64,000 nt of DNA from assembly GCF_947496985.1 (NCBI RefSeq), contig NZ_CANMEZ010000014.1, positions 16,379-80,378 on the forward strand, read 5' to 3'. The DNA comes from an uncultured Kordia sp. (GTDB taxonomy: Bacteria > Bacteroidota > Bacteroidia > Flavobacteriales > Flavobacteriaceae). A program made the translations under genes and the position numbers. Below, piece by piece: positions 47,880 through 57,681 of this stretch. Below the pieces are notes generated by a model. That model searched no databases. It was not told the origin of the DNA and saw only the letters and a list, made by a program, of their open reading frames with translations. Each line of letters begins with the position of its first letter. Positions within the stretch are counted from its first letter, which is position 1.

Positions 47880-47990
47880 GATATAGAGTTTTATGATTTT
47901 ATACTTAAATGGGTTTAAATAAGAGAATCATTACCCAAAAGAGAGAATAGTTTGTTAAATAGTACGAATAGTAAAAGGGAGAAAGAAAAA

Positions 47991-48008
47991 AGCGAACCGA
48001 AGTTCGCT
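47991..48008 (-). terminator. UUCG-tetraloop hairpin terminator (copy 4)
   Basis: AGCGAACCGAAGTTCGCT is identical to copies 1 and 3. Confidence 0.65.
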
Positions 48009-48059
48009 TGTGCTTTATACTATTTGGCAATAGCCTCAATAACAGAAAAATTCTTCATA

Positions 48060-48221
48060 CTACATACTAGGTAATGATTTAAGAATCTGACAATCGTTAT
48101 GATGATAACATTGCATACCTGTATTTCCTCCGTTAATTTTTGCTTGTGCAGTTTTGTCCAATTCTTGAACACCTTTTAAGTTTAAAATGTTTTTTTCATC
48201 GTATAAATTTTGGTTTAACAT
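48060..48221 (-). CDS. GG-leader peptide precursor with a different leader type (53 aa)
   Basis: MLNQNLYDEKNILNLKGVQELDKTAQAKINGG|NTGMQCYHHNDCQILKSLPSM. The start was moved to the second Met. Confidence 0.5.
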   Translation of the reverse strand: MLNQNLYDEKNILNLKGVQELDKTAQAKINGGNTGMQCYHHNDCQILKSLPSM

Positions 48222-48307
48222 ATACCAAATGATGAAGAAAAGTATCACCTTAAAAAGTAAGTTGACTTAAATAGGATGATTTAAGACTTATTATAGTTTT
48301 AAAAAGA

Positions 48308-48604
48308 TTATTTCAAATACTTCTTTTCAATATAAAAAGTAGCAAACGGAATCAATGAAGCTACAAAGAAAATAACAAATCGCTTTATAGACCATTTTTG
48401 CTCACGAACTACAATGAAAGCAAAAAGTACATAGGCGATAAACAAAAACCCATGTGCCGTACCAACAATTTTATTTGGCATTGGCATTTCCATAAAATAT
48501 TTTAAAGGCATTGTAATAAAAAGTGCTAAAAACGAAATACCTTCAAGTAGAGCAAGTTGTCCAAATCGTTTTGTGTTTTTAGTAGGAGTGAATGTTGTAT
48601 CCAT
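48308..48604 (-). CDS. DUF3817-like small integral membrane protein
   Basis: LEGISFLALFITMPLKYF....P..VGTAHGFLFIAYV is typical of that family. The start was moved to MDTTF. Confidence 0.55.
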   Translation of the reverse strand: MDTTFTPTKNTKRFGQLALLEGISFLALFITMPLKYFMEMPMPNKIVGTAHGFLFIAYVLFAFIVVREQKWSIKRFVIFFVASLIPFATFYIEKKYLK

Positions 48605-48706
48605 AACTAAGGAAAATGTGAATTCAAAGCATTTAGAAATATTGGTCGAATTCGGATTAAAAAACATAAAAAAAGCTGCTCAACGAGCAGCTTTTTAAAA
48701 TATATA

Positions 48707-50098
48707 TTATAAATGTATTACTTCGTCATAAGCGGCGGCAACAGCTTCCATTACTGCTTCACTCATCGTAGGATGCGGATGTACTGCTTTTAACACTTCG
48801 TGCCCTGTAGTTTCTAACTTTCTACCTAAAACAGCTTCGGCAATCATATCCGTAACTCCAGCACCAATCATATGGCAACCTAGCCATTCTCCATATTTTG
48901 CATCAAAAATTACTTTTACAAAACCTTCTTTCGTTCCACCAGCACTTGCTTTTCCAGATGCTGAGAATGGGAAGTTTCCAACTTTGATATCATAACCTTG
49001 TTCTTTTGCCTGTGCTTCCGTTAAACCAACAGATGCAATTTCAGGAGAACAATACGTACAACCAGGAATATTTCCATAATCTAAGGCTTCAACATGCATT
49101 CCTGCAATTTTCTCTACACATAGAATTCCTTCCGCAGAAGCAACATGTGCTAAAGCTTGTCCAGGTGTAACATCTCCAATAGCATAATATCCAGGGATAT
49201 TAGTTTGGTAATAATCGTTTACTAATATTTTATCTCTATCTGTAGCAATTCCGACAGCTTCTAAACCAATATTTTCAATATTCGTTTTAATTCCAACAGC
49301 CGAAAGTACAATATCAGCTTCTAATACTTGTTCACCTTTCTTCGTTTTTACCGTAGCTTTTACACCATCTCCAGAAGTATCAACCGAAGTTACTTCCGCA
49401 GACGTCATAATTTTAATACCACTTTTCTTAAACGAACGTTCTAACTGTTTAGACACATCAGCATCTTCCACAGGAACAATCTTAGGCATATATTCTACAA
49501 TCGTAACTTCCGTACCCATAGAGTTGTAGAAGTATGCAAACTCTACACCAATAGCTCCCGATCCTACTACGATCATCTTCTTTGGTTGCGTTGGCAAGGT
49601 CATTGCTTCTCTGTAACCAATAACTTTCTTACCATCTTGTGGCAAACTAGGTAACTCACGTGAGCGCGCTCCAGTAGCTATTACAATATGTTGTGCACTA
49701 TATTCGGTAACTTTTCCGTCTTTATCTTTAACATCAATCTTCTTTCCAGCTTTTAAAGTTCCAAAACCGTTAAGTACATCAATCTTATTCTTTTTCATTA
49801 AGAACTGAACACCTTTGCTCATTCCGTCAGCAACACCACGACTACGTTGTACTACAGCGTCAAAATCCTTGTCGTATGCTGTTACTGATAATCCGTAATC
49901 TCCAGCATGTTTCAAATACTCAAAAACTTGTGCTGATTTCAATAAGGCTTTCGTTGGAATACATCCCCAATTTAAGCAAACGCCACCTAAACTTTCTTTC
50001 TCAACTACTGCAGTTTTAAACCCTAATTGAGAAGCTCTAATGGCAGTTACATATCCACCAGGACCACTTCCTAAAACGATGATATCGTATGTATTCAT
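48707..50098 (-). CDS. lpdA: Dihydrolipoyl dehydrogenase
   Basis: 463 aa with FAD-binding GSGPGGY and the redox disulfide GGVCLNWGCIPTK. Confidence 0.95.
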   Translation of the reverse strand: MNTYDIIVLGSGPGGYVTAIRASQLGFKTAVVEKESLGGVCLNWGCIPTKALLKSAQVFEYLKHAGDYGLSVTAYDKDFDAVVQRSRGVADGMSKGVQFLMKKNKIDVLNGFGTLKAGKKIDVKDKDGKVTEYSAQHIVIATGARSRELPSLPQDGKKVIGYREAMTLPTQPKKMIVVGSGAIGVEFAYFYNSMGTEVTIVEYMPKIVPVEDADVSKQLERSFKKSGIKIMTSAEVTSVDTSGDGVKATVKTKKGEQVLEADIVLSAVGIKTNIENIGLEAVGIATDRDKILVNDYYQTNIPGYYAIGDVTPGQALAHVASAEGILCVEKIAGMHVEALDYGNIPGCTYCSPEIASVGLTEAQAKEQGYDIKVGNFPFSASGKASAGGTKEGFVKVIFDAKYGEWLGCHMIGAGVTDMIAEAVLGRKLETTGHEVLKAVHPHPTMSEAVMEAVAAAYDEVIHL

Positions 50099-50169
50099 AT
50101 CTTAAAATTTTGTTGTCTGATTTTCAAGATGCAAATTTACGGAATTCTAAGGTAACAATAAACTTTCTA

Positions 50170-50525
50170 TACCTGTTTTTACTTCACCTTCGACTCTGCT
50201 CAGTGTAAACACTCATGGTATGTTTGTATCGCTTTGCTCTTTGTATATTAGTAAGCTAGTAATTAAGAGAAATTTATTTATACATTTATTTTGGGAGTTC
50301 CCTTTCGCTATCGCTTCAGGTCGCGCTATTCGCTACAAGTCCGCGCTCGCAAACTCGCTGTGGGCTTTCCACTGCTATCGCTAACTCGGTAGAATACTAA
50401 ATACTAAATTTTGAATACTGGATGTTGAATTTTTGAGTTTACACTGAGCTTGTCGAAGTGTTGATTTGTCAATTCGTTAATTTGTTTGTTTGTCAATTCG
50501 AGCGCAGTCGAGAATACTTAGCATT
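50170..50525. repeat. Cluster of GC-enriched REP-like elements in a 650-nt intergenic region
   Basis: Includes ...CGACTCTGCTCAGTGTAAAC..., a GC-rich block (50290-50400: GGTCGCGCTATTCGCTACAAGTCCGCGCTCGCAAACTCGCTGTGGGCTTTCCACTGCTATCGC), ...ACACTGAGCTTGTCGAAG... and GTCAATTCGAGCGCAGTCGAGAAT. Confidence 0.55.
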
Positions 50526-50754
50526 GCATTTGTGATTTGGTGTATCGAGAACAGCTTAGAACTTCAAAATACTTCTCAATACTAATTTGTTTCACAAATT
50601 CACTAGAAGTGACATTTGGAGTTTTTCAATGAAGTTAGCAAACACTTTTACATTTAAAATTTAGTGTTTTACATTTTGAATTTACCTTTTTTGTAGGAAA
50701 TGTAACATTTGTCTACCTTGTGACTACTAACTTTTTGTAAACACGAGTTAAGAT

Positions 50755-51873
50755 ATGGGAAAACCGAATTTGGTAATAGATAGAGTACACAACAAATTAT
50801 TGTTAAACGGAGAGGTTGTAGGCGAGGTTTATTTAAGTGGTAGAGATAACTGGAGATTTCAAAAAATTTCCACTCGCAGAAGCGATAATATTATTGTAAT
50901 AGATGAAATTGATAATTTTGTAGGTGTAAAGACTTCAAACATTTTTGACCAACATATACAATTTATTATTATTTCATCTAGAAAAGAATTAGAAAATTAT
51001 TTTAATAATATATTCATGAATTCTTATGTCATGTTAAAAAAACGTGGTTATGAGAATGGATTGGAATTATTTTTTTCGGCTGACTCCAAAAAATGGAATT
51101 TTAATTTTAGTTTAAAACTTTTTACTGATACTTTTTTTCAGTCTCTACTAAAAAATCAAAGATTTTTATATGCTTATGACGGTCAAATTGATGAAAATAA
51201 AATTATTAAAGGAATTTTGCTATATAAATCTATAGATAAACAAAAAGATATTAATATTCTTTATTATGAAGTCATAAATTTACTCAAATTAGAAATTGAA
51301 TCAATAATATCAAGATTGACCCAAGAACAAAGTATTAAAAGCAATAATCTAACAAACACTTTCACATTCCCACCAGAAATCCAATCTTCCTGCGAACAAT
51401 ACTTAATTTACTTTGCAACGTTTTTAAAAGACATTGGCATCAATGCAGAAACAAATATCGAATCTAAAGCACATGAAACTTTATTTACAGTAATTCCCGA
51501 AAATGGAGAAGAAGCATTAGACAACATTAAAGAAGCGTTACAAATGTATTTGTCACTTCCTGAAAGTCCAGAGTTTGAGAGTATAGTTACTGGGTTTCTA
51601 GATGTTGGCGCACAACAATTAGCTTCGCAGGTTTTATTTTTAAAGTCGCAACTTATGATGGCAAACTCAGCTATTCAATTAAAAGATGCAACAATCAAGA
51701 GTTTAAATATGACAATCTATCAACAAAGTTTACTTATAGAAAAAGATCAAACTAAAAAAGAAAACGAAGAAAAATTTGCAGGTGGCTTAGTGAGAGTTGG
51801 TGAGTTAAAAATAAAAAACTTCACGTTTGACCTACCAGAATTATTAAGGCGAATCAAACGAAAATTTAAATAA
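50755..51873 (+). CDS. Hypothetical protein (orphan-looking, Asn/Ile/Lys-rich)
   Basis: 372-aa ORF with no motif recognised. Confidence 0.45.
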   Translation: MGKPNLVIDRVHNKLLLNGEVVGEVYLSGRDNWRFQKISTRRSDNIIVIDEIDNFVGVKTSNIFDQHIQFIIISSRKELENYFNNIFMNSYVMLKKRGYENGLELFFSADSKKWNFNFSLKLFTDTFFQSLLKNQRFLYAYDGQIDENKIIKGILLYKSIDKQKDINILYYEVINLLKLEIESIISRLTQEQSIKSNNLTNTFTFPPEIQSSCEQYLIYFATFLKDIGINAETNIESKAHETLFTVIPENGEEALDNIKEALQMYLSLPESPEFESIVTGFLDVGAQQLASQVLFLKSQLMMANSAIQLKDATIKSLNMTIYQQSLLIEKDQTKKENEEKFAGGLVRVGELKIKNFTFDLPELLRRIKRKFK

Positions 51874-52038
51874 CGAATAACGAATTTAAAATGTAAAACG
51901 CTAAATTTAAAATCTGTCACATCGAGCATTATTTGAGATCAAAATACTTTTTGATTAAAAATACTTAACGAAGTTATCGAGATGCAAACCCAAAAGCCCA
52001 AATAGACAACCAATACTAATCCCTAATACCTTCAAAAT

Positions 52039-52581
52039 ATGAAACTCCTCATCATCGGCGCATCAGGCTCAGGAACTACAACACTTGGAAAAGCACTTTC
52101 TAAAGCCACAGACTTTACACACTTAGATGTAGATGATTATTATTGGAAAGTAACAAACCCACCATTTCAATTGAAAGAAGAAATGGCAGTTCGTACCAAA
52201 AACCTACAAGTTGAGTTTGAAAAACATGAAAATGTTATCGTCAGTGGTTCGTTGGTAAGTTGGGGAACGTATTGGCAAACAGCTTTCGATTTAGTAGTGT
52301 TTGTCACTTTAGACAAAGAAATCCGATTGCAACGACTCAAACAACGTGAAGTTGAACGTTACGGAGACAAACTACAAACGGATGCAATTATACAAGAACG
52401 TTCACAAGCATTTTTGGCGTGGGCAACACGTTATGACGATTTCAAATTTACAGGACGTTCTATCAAGATTCATCGTGATTGGTTAAACTCACTTTCGTGT
52501 GAAATCGTTGAAATTGATAGTGAGGTAGCTTTAGAAAAAAATATGAGTCATGTGTTACAATTCTTCAAACCTCATTACTAA
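52039..52581 (+). CDS. P-loop NTPase, adenylate-kinase-like / topology-modulation-like small kinase
   Basis: 180 aa with the Walker A motif GASGSGTTTLGK at the N-terminus. Confidence 0.6.
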   Translation: MKLLIIGASGSGTTTLGKALSKATDFTHLDVDDYYWKVTNPPFQLKEEMAVRTKNLQVEFEKHENVIVSGSLVSWGTYWQTAFDLVVFVTLDKEIRLQRLKQREVERYGDKLQTDAIIQERSQAFLAWATRYDDFKFTGRSIKIHRDWLNSLSCEIVEIDSEVALEKNMSHVLQFFKPHY

Positions 52582-52637
52582 TAGGATTGAATTCCATATC
52601 TTAATTACAAGAATTTAAATTATATCTAATTCCATTT

Positions 52638-53387
52638 ATGCCAATTTCAGACAAACGAAAACATCAACTTGCTTCCTGTAAAATATGTCAATTAAGAGAT
52701 TTTGAACCCGAAGTTGGAATAACCTGTGCATTGACCAAAAAAGTTGCTGATTTTGAAAATGAATGCTCTTCTATACAAATTGATTTTGAAGTATTGGATG
52801 ACAAACAAGTTGAAGTGCATAATACAATCATGAATTATATAAAGACCAACTTTAGGTTATATGGACTTCGAAAAAAAGACTACTTACAACCCAATCATCC
52901 GATTCAAAAAAAATACAATCACAAGAAAAACACCCACAATCTTACATTTAAAGAAATTCTACAACCAAGTGTTTTATTTGGAATTGGTATGTTGGCATTA
53001 TTTGTGTTTTCAACGCTTGCTCTACAAACAGAAAGTGGTTTGAAATTCTTATTTGGGTTTTTAGCTTTTGTGGCAGTATGTTTTACAATTGCAAGAGGAG
53101 TAATCGATTATTATACGCCAGCTAAAAATAGAATCACTACCGATGAACTTGGTTTTACATATAAAGAAAAACGATTTTTTTGGCATGACATTGTTGATTA
53201 TCGTATTTTGGAAAGAAGAGGGAAAAGAGGCTTTTTTAATCTCATAATTGGAACCATTTATGGAGACGTACATTCGTTTGATTTATTGTATGTCAAAATA
53301 ACTCCAGACGAACTTATCGAAATTTTAAATTTAAATAGAAAAGACTATTTTACACGTTTTGAACGCAATCTACCTGAAATATTTTAA
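52638..53387 (+). CDS. Hypothetical membrane protein (N-terminal Cys cluster, 2 central TM)
   Basis: 249-aa ORF carrying CKICQ...C....C. Confidence 0.4.
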   Translation: MPISDKRKHQLASCKICQLRDFEPEVGITCALTKKVADFENECSSIQIDFEVLDDKQVEVHNTIMNYIKTNFRLYGLRKKDYLQPNHPIQKKYNHKKNTHNLTFKEILQPSVLFGIGMLALFVFSTLALQTESGLKFLFGFLAFVAVCFTIARGVIDYYTPAKNRITTDELGFTYKEKRFFWHDIVDYRILERRGKRGFFNLIIGTIYGDVHSFDLLYVKITPDELIEILNLNRKDYFTRFERNLPEIF

Positions 53388-53420
53388 TGTATATTAGCTA
53401 GATATAAATTGTAGTTACCT

Positions 53421-53924
53421 ATGAGAAACTGTATTTCATGCTACCAACAAATAACAGATGATGTTAACTTCTGTCCACACTGTGGAGCAAAACAGTCACA
53501 ATTACACACACAAGAAGAAGTTCGCGCAACGCATCAAGAAACAGAAAACAAACCAGTCGTTATCATTATTGTGCTTGCCATTTTAACAATTTGTGGTTCA
53601 ATATTTACCATTGGACGTGCCGTATTATACGAATTGGTAGGTTCTATGGCTAATGACGATGGCATCATGATAAGAGCTGGAATTTATGTATTTGCTTCTA
53701 TAGGAACAATAGCTGGCGCAATTATGATGTTGCTTAAAAAAATGAATGGTTTGTATCTGTATACTGTCTGTCAAATAATATACATTATCGCAGCTACATT
53801 TGCAGCTATAGCGCACAATTCAAAAGAAAATTTAGCGTCAGTTATCTTTGTTTTCTTTGTAGCGCCTTCAATTTTATTTTTAATATTTTACTGGATAAAA
53901 GATGTTCGTAAACATTTAAAATAG
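53421..53924 (+). CDS. Zinc-ribbon domain membrane protein
   Basis: 167 aa with CISCYQQITDDVNFCPHCG followed by 4 TM helices. Confidence 0.5.
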   Translation: MRNCISCYQQITDDVNFCPHCGAKQSQLHTQEEVRATHQETENKPVVIIIVLAILTICGSIFTIGRAVLYELVGSMANDDGIMIRAGIYVFASIGTIAGAIMMLLKKMNGLYLYTVCQIIYIIAATFAAIAHNSKENLASVIFVFFVAPSILFLIFYWIKDVRKHLK

Positions 53925-53933
53925 TTTCTATTT

Positions 53934-54335
53934 ATGATAACAATTATGAAATGGAAAACCTTTAGGAATACCTGTAACATAATAACGGTGAGCGATCAAA
54001 AAATACGATATGCAATACTTTTAATTTTCATTATTTTTTGTCAGAGTTGTGAAGAAAATTTTAAAGGAGGAAAAGTATACAGTACAGAAAGTGAAGTGCA
54101 TATATTAGATGATATTTTGAATGAAGATCAACAGCGTTTTAAGATTATTTCAGATTCTGTTTCTCCAAATGATGCATATGTCTATATTCATTATAAAGAC
54201 AAAGCAATAAAAAACGAATTAGATGCTGTTGTAAATATACAAACAAACGAATATTGGGCTGTTGTAAAAAATAATCAAGCAAATGAAAATTTGACAGAAG
54301 GACGTATTCCGTCGGCATATAAAATAAAAGGTTGA
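53934..54335 (+). CDS. Hypothetical protein
   Basis: 133-aa ORF with an N-terminal hydrophobic segment ending in C (possible lipobox IIFCQSC). Confidence 0.4.
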   Translation: MITIMKWKTFRNTCNIITVSDQKIRYAILLIFIIFCQSCEENFKGGKVYSTESEVHILDDILNEDQQRFKIISDSVSPNDAYVYIHYKDKAIKNELDAVVNIQTNEYWAVVKNNQANENLTEGRIPSAYKIKG

Positions 54336-54490
54336 ACGCAAGAAAATGAATTGTTATTGACCAAAAACCAATCAAAAAATATACAAGTAGGATATATTAA
54401 AAAGTTAACAACTGGCAATAATATCAATGGTGTGAAAATCATAATTTCAGAAAACTAAAATAAATACTATTACCATAAACAATTCATACA

Positions 54491-55681
54491 ATGTATTTCA
54501 GTTTTAACTTCAAAAGTTCAACCTTATTAATTTTCTTTATTCATGGACTGATATTTACATTATTATTACTGTATAAAGGTATTCGGAACGAAAACAAATC
54601 TAGTTTTTGGCTAGCATCGTTTATCTTTTTATGTTCGCTATATATTGCGCCTTTTATGTTGGGTTATGCAGGTTGGTATGGTAAAGATACATATCGGGAA
54701 ATATTATTTTTTATACCATTTCAGCAGTTATTTCTCATACCACCTTTACTATATTTTTATGTAAAAAGTTCGCTTACAATTTCGTTTCGATTTCAGAAGA
54801 AAGATTGGGTACATTTTATTCCTGCTATACTATACGCACTATATAGTTTGATTGTGTGGATAACAGACGTATTAGTGTTAGATGAATTTTACTTTTATGC
54901 AGATGGACGCGATAAAGATTTATCACTTTGGTATCAAATTTCAGGTTTCTTCATGCTAGTGTTCTATCTATTTCAATGCCTAAAACTGTATACAGCTTAT
55001 AAAAAGGAAACTTACGAAACGGTAAGTTATGCAGATACTATTTTGTACGCATGGATTCAACGATTTTTAATTGCTTTTTTAGGATTATTATTAATTCGAG
55101 TTTTATTCTTTATTCTCAATCCTGAATGGGCAAACTTTGGAAGAAAGTACTGGTATTATCTCTGTTTTTCAGTTCTATTTTATTACATCGCGCTTAGTGG
55201 ATATATTCATATTATAAAAATGCATGCTTCTTTTCAACCAAGATTGTCCACAACTTTTTCTGAGGATTTTCTAGCGGAAGCGGAAAAAGAAAAAATAACA
55301 CCGTCAAATACGGAAACGATGGAAGCTGAAATTACGGGAGTTGATGAAAACCTGAAAAACCAATTGGAAGATTTGATGATTGAAAAGATGATTTTTAAGA
55401 ATCCAAATTTAACCTTGTTTGATGTCGCCAAATTACTTGAAACGCACCCGAAAAAAGTATCAAATATCATTAATAAAGGTTTTAAAGTAAACTTTAACGA
55501 CTTTGTGAATTCGTACAGAACAGAAGAAGTCATCAAAAAAGTTACTTCTGATGAAAATGATTTGAAAACCTTATTAGGAATTGCATTGGACTCTGGATTT
55601 AACTCAAAATCAACGTTTAACAGGGCTTTTAAAAAACATACACAGCAAACTCCTAAAGAATATTTTAGCAAAAAAGTATAA
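54491..55681 (+). CDS. Multi-TM AraC-family transcriptional regulator
   Basis: 396 aa. About 7 hydrophobic helices precede a C-terminal AraC HTH (LGIALDSGFNSKSTFNRAFKKHTQQTPKEY). The antisense ORF 55234-55875 was rejected. Confidence 0.75.
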   Translation: MYFSFNFKSSTLLIFFIHGLIFTLLLLYKGIRNENKSSFWLASFIFLCSLYIAPFMLGYAGWYGKDTYREILFFIPFQQLFLIPPLLYFYVKSSLTISFRFQKKDWVHFIPAILYALYSLIVWITDVLVLDEFYFYADGRDKDLSLWYQISGFFMLVFYLFQCLKLYTAYKKETYETVSYADTILYAWIQRFLIAFLGLLLIRVLFFILNPEWANFGRKYWYYLCFSVLFYYIALSGYIHIIKMHASFQPRLSTTFSEDFLAEAEKEKITPSNTETMEAEITGVDENLKNQLEDLMIEKMIFKNPNLTLFDVAKLLETHPKKVSNIINKGFKVNFNDFVNSYRTEEVIKKVTSDENDLKTLLGIALDSGFNSKSTFNRAFKKHTQQTPKEYFSKKV

Positions 55682-55768
55682 AAAAGACGTGTCAAATCAC
55701 GATTTGGCGCGCTTTTAATAATAAATACTGACACATTTGTAGCATCAAAAAACGCAAAACAGTATTTC

Positions 55769-57412
55769 ATGAAGTCAAATGTATTATGCTTAGCATTTTT
55801 GCTAATATTCGGAGTTGCTTTTGGACAGAGAATAACCAAAGAACAACAGATCAAGTTAGATGAAATTACCATCAAAGATGTTCCAAAAGGCGGTCCAGGA
55901 ATTGCCGTTGGAATTATTCAAAATGGTCATGTTGCATATGAAAACTACGCAGGCTTTGCCAATTTGAAAGACAGTATTCGTATTGGGAAAAGCACACGTT
56001 TCAACATTGCATCTAATGGAAAACAATTTACAGCGTTTGCTGTTTTAGTCTTAGCAGAAAAAAGCAAACTAAACTTAAAAGATGATATTAGAAAATACCT
56101 TCCGAATCTGTATAAAAATATTAAAAAACCAATTAAAATTGAACACTTAATAAACCATTCTAGCGGAATTCGTGATATATATGATTTATGGAGTTTACAA
56201 GGGGTTACTTGGTGGAAACAAAAGTTTGACAATGCTGACGCGATGCAATTATTAGAAAAGCAAAACGATTTAAACTTTGAACCAGGCAGCAAACATTCAT
56301 ACAGTAATTCTAATTATATCATCCTAACACAAGTCATAGAAAAAGTGACCGGACAAAGTTTTGTTAGCTATACAGATGCACTTTTTAAATCTTTAGGAAT
56401 GCCAAATACTTCGTTTGTTTCAGATTATACAAACATTAAAGAACCAATTGCAAAACCATATTTTAATTTTAATACATGGACAACTTACAATTGGACCTGT
56501 AGTATTCATGGAGATGGAAATTTGTTTACTACATTGGAAGATCAATTACAGTGGGAGAAAATTATTCAAACTAAAAAAAGTACTGTTTTTTCGAAAGCTA
56601 TCTTAGAGAAAAGTCAGGGACTAATTGAAAATACAAACATTGAAAATTATGGATATGGATTGGAATTTGGCGAATTTAGAAATGTACCATACACATTTCA
56701 TGCTGGATCAACAGGCGCTTGGAAGGCATATGTAACTCGTTTTCCTTCTAAAAAAATTTCTATCATCACAATTATAAATAGTGGGAAAATTGACCCAACT
56801 GGACAAACTTTAGAAATGGCAACAGTTCTATTAAATAAAACCAACGAAAAAGAAACGTTCAGAATTACACCAGAGAAAATAGGAGCAAAGGTTACTATTG
56901 AAGATGTTTTGGGTATTTATAGAACAAAAGGTGGATACATTATGAAGTTTGAAGAGCGAGATGGGGATTTATACATGTTACGTTCAGGGAGAAATGATAT
57001 GAAATTACTACGCGAAGCTGACAATGTATTTCATCAATGGAATGATGCACCTTTTAAACAAGAATTTACAAAAAACGAAAATGGAGTGTTGCAAGTAACA
57101 GTGTATTACCCAAGTGTAGCACCTTTTACGCTAACACGTATTGAAAGTGATTTAAGTAGGTTTGATTTTAAAACCTTAAGTGGAACATTTTACAATGAAG
57201 AAACAGATGTTTCTTTTTCTATAAAGTATGTAAAAGATCAAGCATATGAGGTGAAATTTGGTAAGAAAAAGAAAAGCGGATTGTTAGTATATGCAAACGA
57301 AATGTTAGTAGACGATTACAACCTTTCATTTGAAAAAGATGCTAATGGCACTATTAATGAAATACGTGTGACATCTGGAAGAATTCAGAATGTTCGTTTT
57401 GTTCGGAAATAA
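55769..57412 (+). CDS. Serine hydrolase, beta-lactamase/PBP4-like family
   Basis: 547 aa with a signal peptide, S-x-x-K (ASNGKQF) and Y-x-N (YSNSNY). Confidence 0.8.
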   Translation: MKSNVLCLAFLLIFGVAFGQRITKEQQIKLDEITIKDVPKGGPGIAVGIIQNGHVAYENYAGFANLKDSIRIGKSTRFNIASNGKQFTAFAVLVLAEKSKLNLKDDIRKYLPNLYKNIKKPIKIEHLINHSSGIRDIYDLWSLQGVTWWKQKFDNADAMQLLEKQNDLNFEPGSKHSYSNSNYIILTQVIEKVTGQSFVSYTDALFKSLGMPNTSFVSDYTNIKEPIAKPYFNFNTWTTYNWTCSIHGDGNLFTTLEDQLQWEKIIQTKKSTVFSKAILEKSQGLIENTNIENYGYGLEFGEFRNVPYTFHAGSTGAWKAYVTRFPSKKISIITIINSGKIDPTGQTLEMATVLLNKTNEKETFRITPEKIGAKVTIEDVLGIYRTKGGYIMKFEERDGDLYMLRSGRNDMKLLREADNVFHQWNDAPFKQEFTKNENGVLQVTVYYPSVAPFTLTRIESDLSRFDFKTLSGTFYNEETDVSFSIKYVKDQAYEVKFGKKKKSGLLVYANEMLVDDYNLSFEKDANGTINEIRVTSGRIQNVRFVRK

Positions 57413-57443
57413 TAAGTAAACATAAAAAATACAAGGAGGCTTT

Positions 57444-57507
57444 CTAAAAAGTAATATAAAACGTCATTCTGGATCAAATTCGGTTTGACGAAAATTCAAC
57501 TTTTTAG
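57444..57507. repeat. REP/MITE-like element, same family as 592-693
   Basis: The terminal IR is CTAAAAAGT / ACTTTTTAG and the inner IR is AACGTCA / TGACG. It shares its 5' ~24 nt with the element at 592. Confidence 0.5.
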
Positions 57508-57681
57508 TCAGCTTCTTTTTTATAGAACATTTTCAAGAAAAAGAAGTTGTTTTGAAACGAAATACAAAAAAATACTACCAATATTTTAGTACATAAACAG
57601 TATTTTAAAAAAGGATATAAATTTCATTTTCACAACACTTAGAAAAACTATATCTTGAGAATTGTACGAATAAGGTATTTT

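Noticed and set aside
46740-48221. Labelling the GG-leader peptides as lanthipeptides.
   Set aside because: The cores contain Cys plus Ser/Thr, but there is no LanB/LanC/LanM, rSAM or other modification gene in the 64 kb. Disulfide-bonded unmodified peptides are equally consistent.
54336-54458. Forty sense codons continue in frame after the TGA stop of ORF 53934-54335 (…KIKG*TQENELLLTKNQSKNIQVGYIKKLTTGNNINGVKIIISEN*). This was considered as read-through or a recent nonsense mutation.
   Set aside because: An open run of this length is only mildly improbable by chance, and nothing recognisable is encoded. Comparison with orthologues would be needed.
55234-55875. 213-aa minus-strand ORF overlapping the end of the AraC gene and the start of the serine hydrolase gene.
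   Set aside because: It overlaps two motif-supported + strand genes, and its composition (Ser/Phe/Leu-rich) is typical of an antisense frame.
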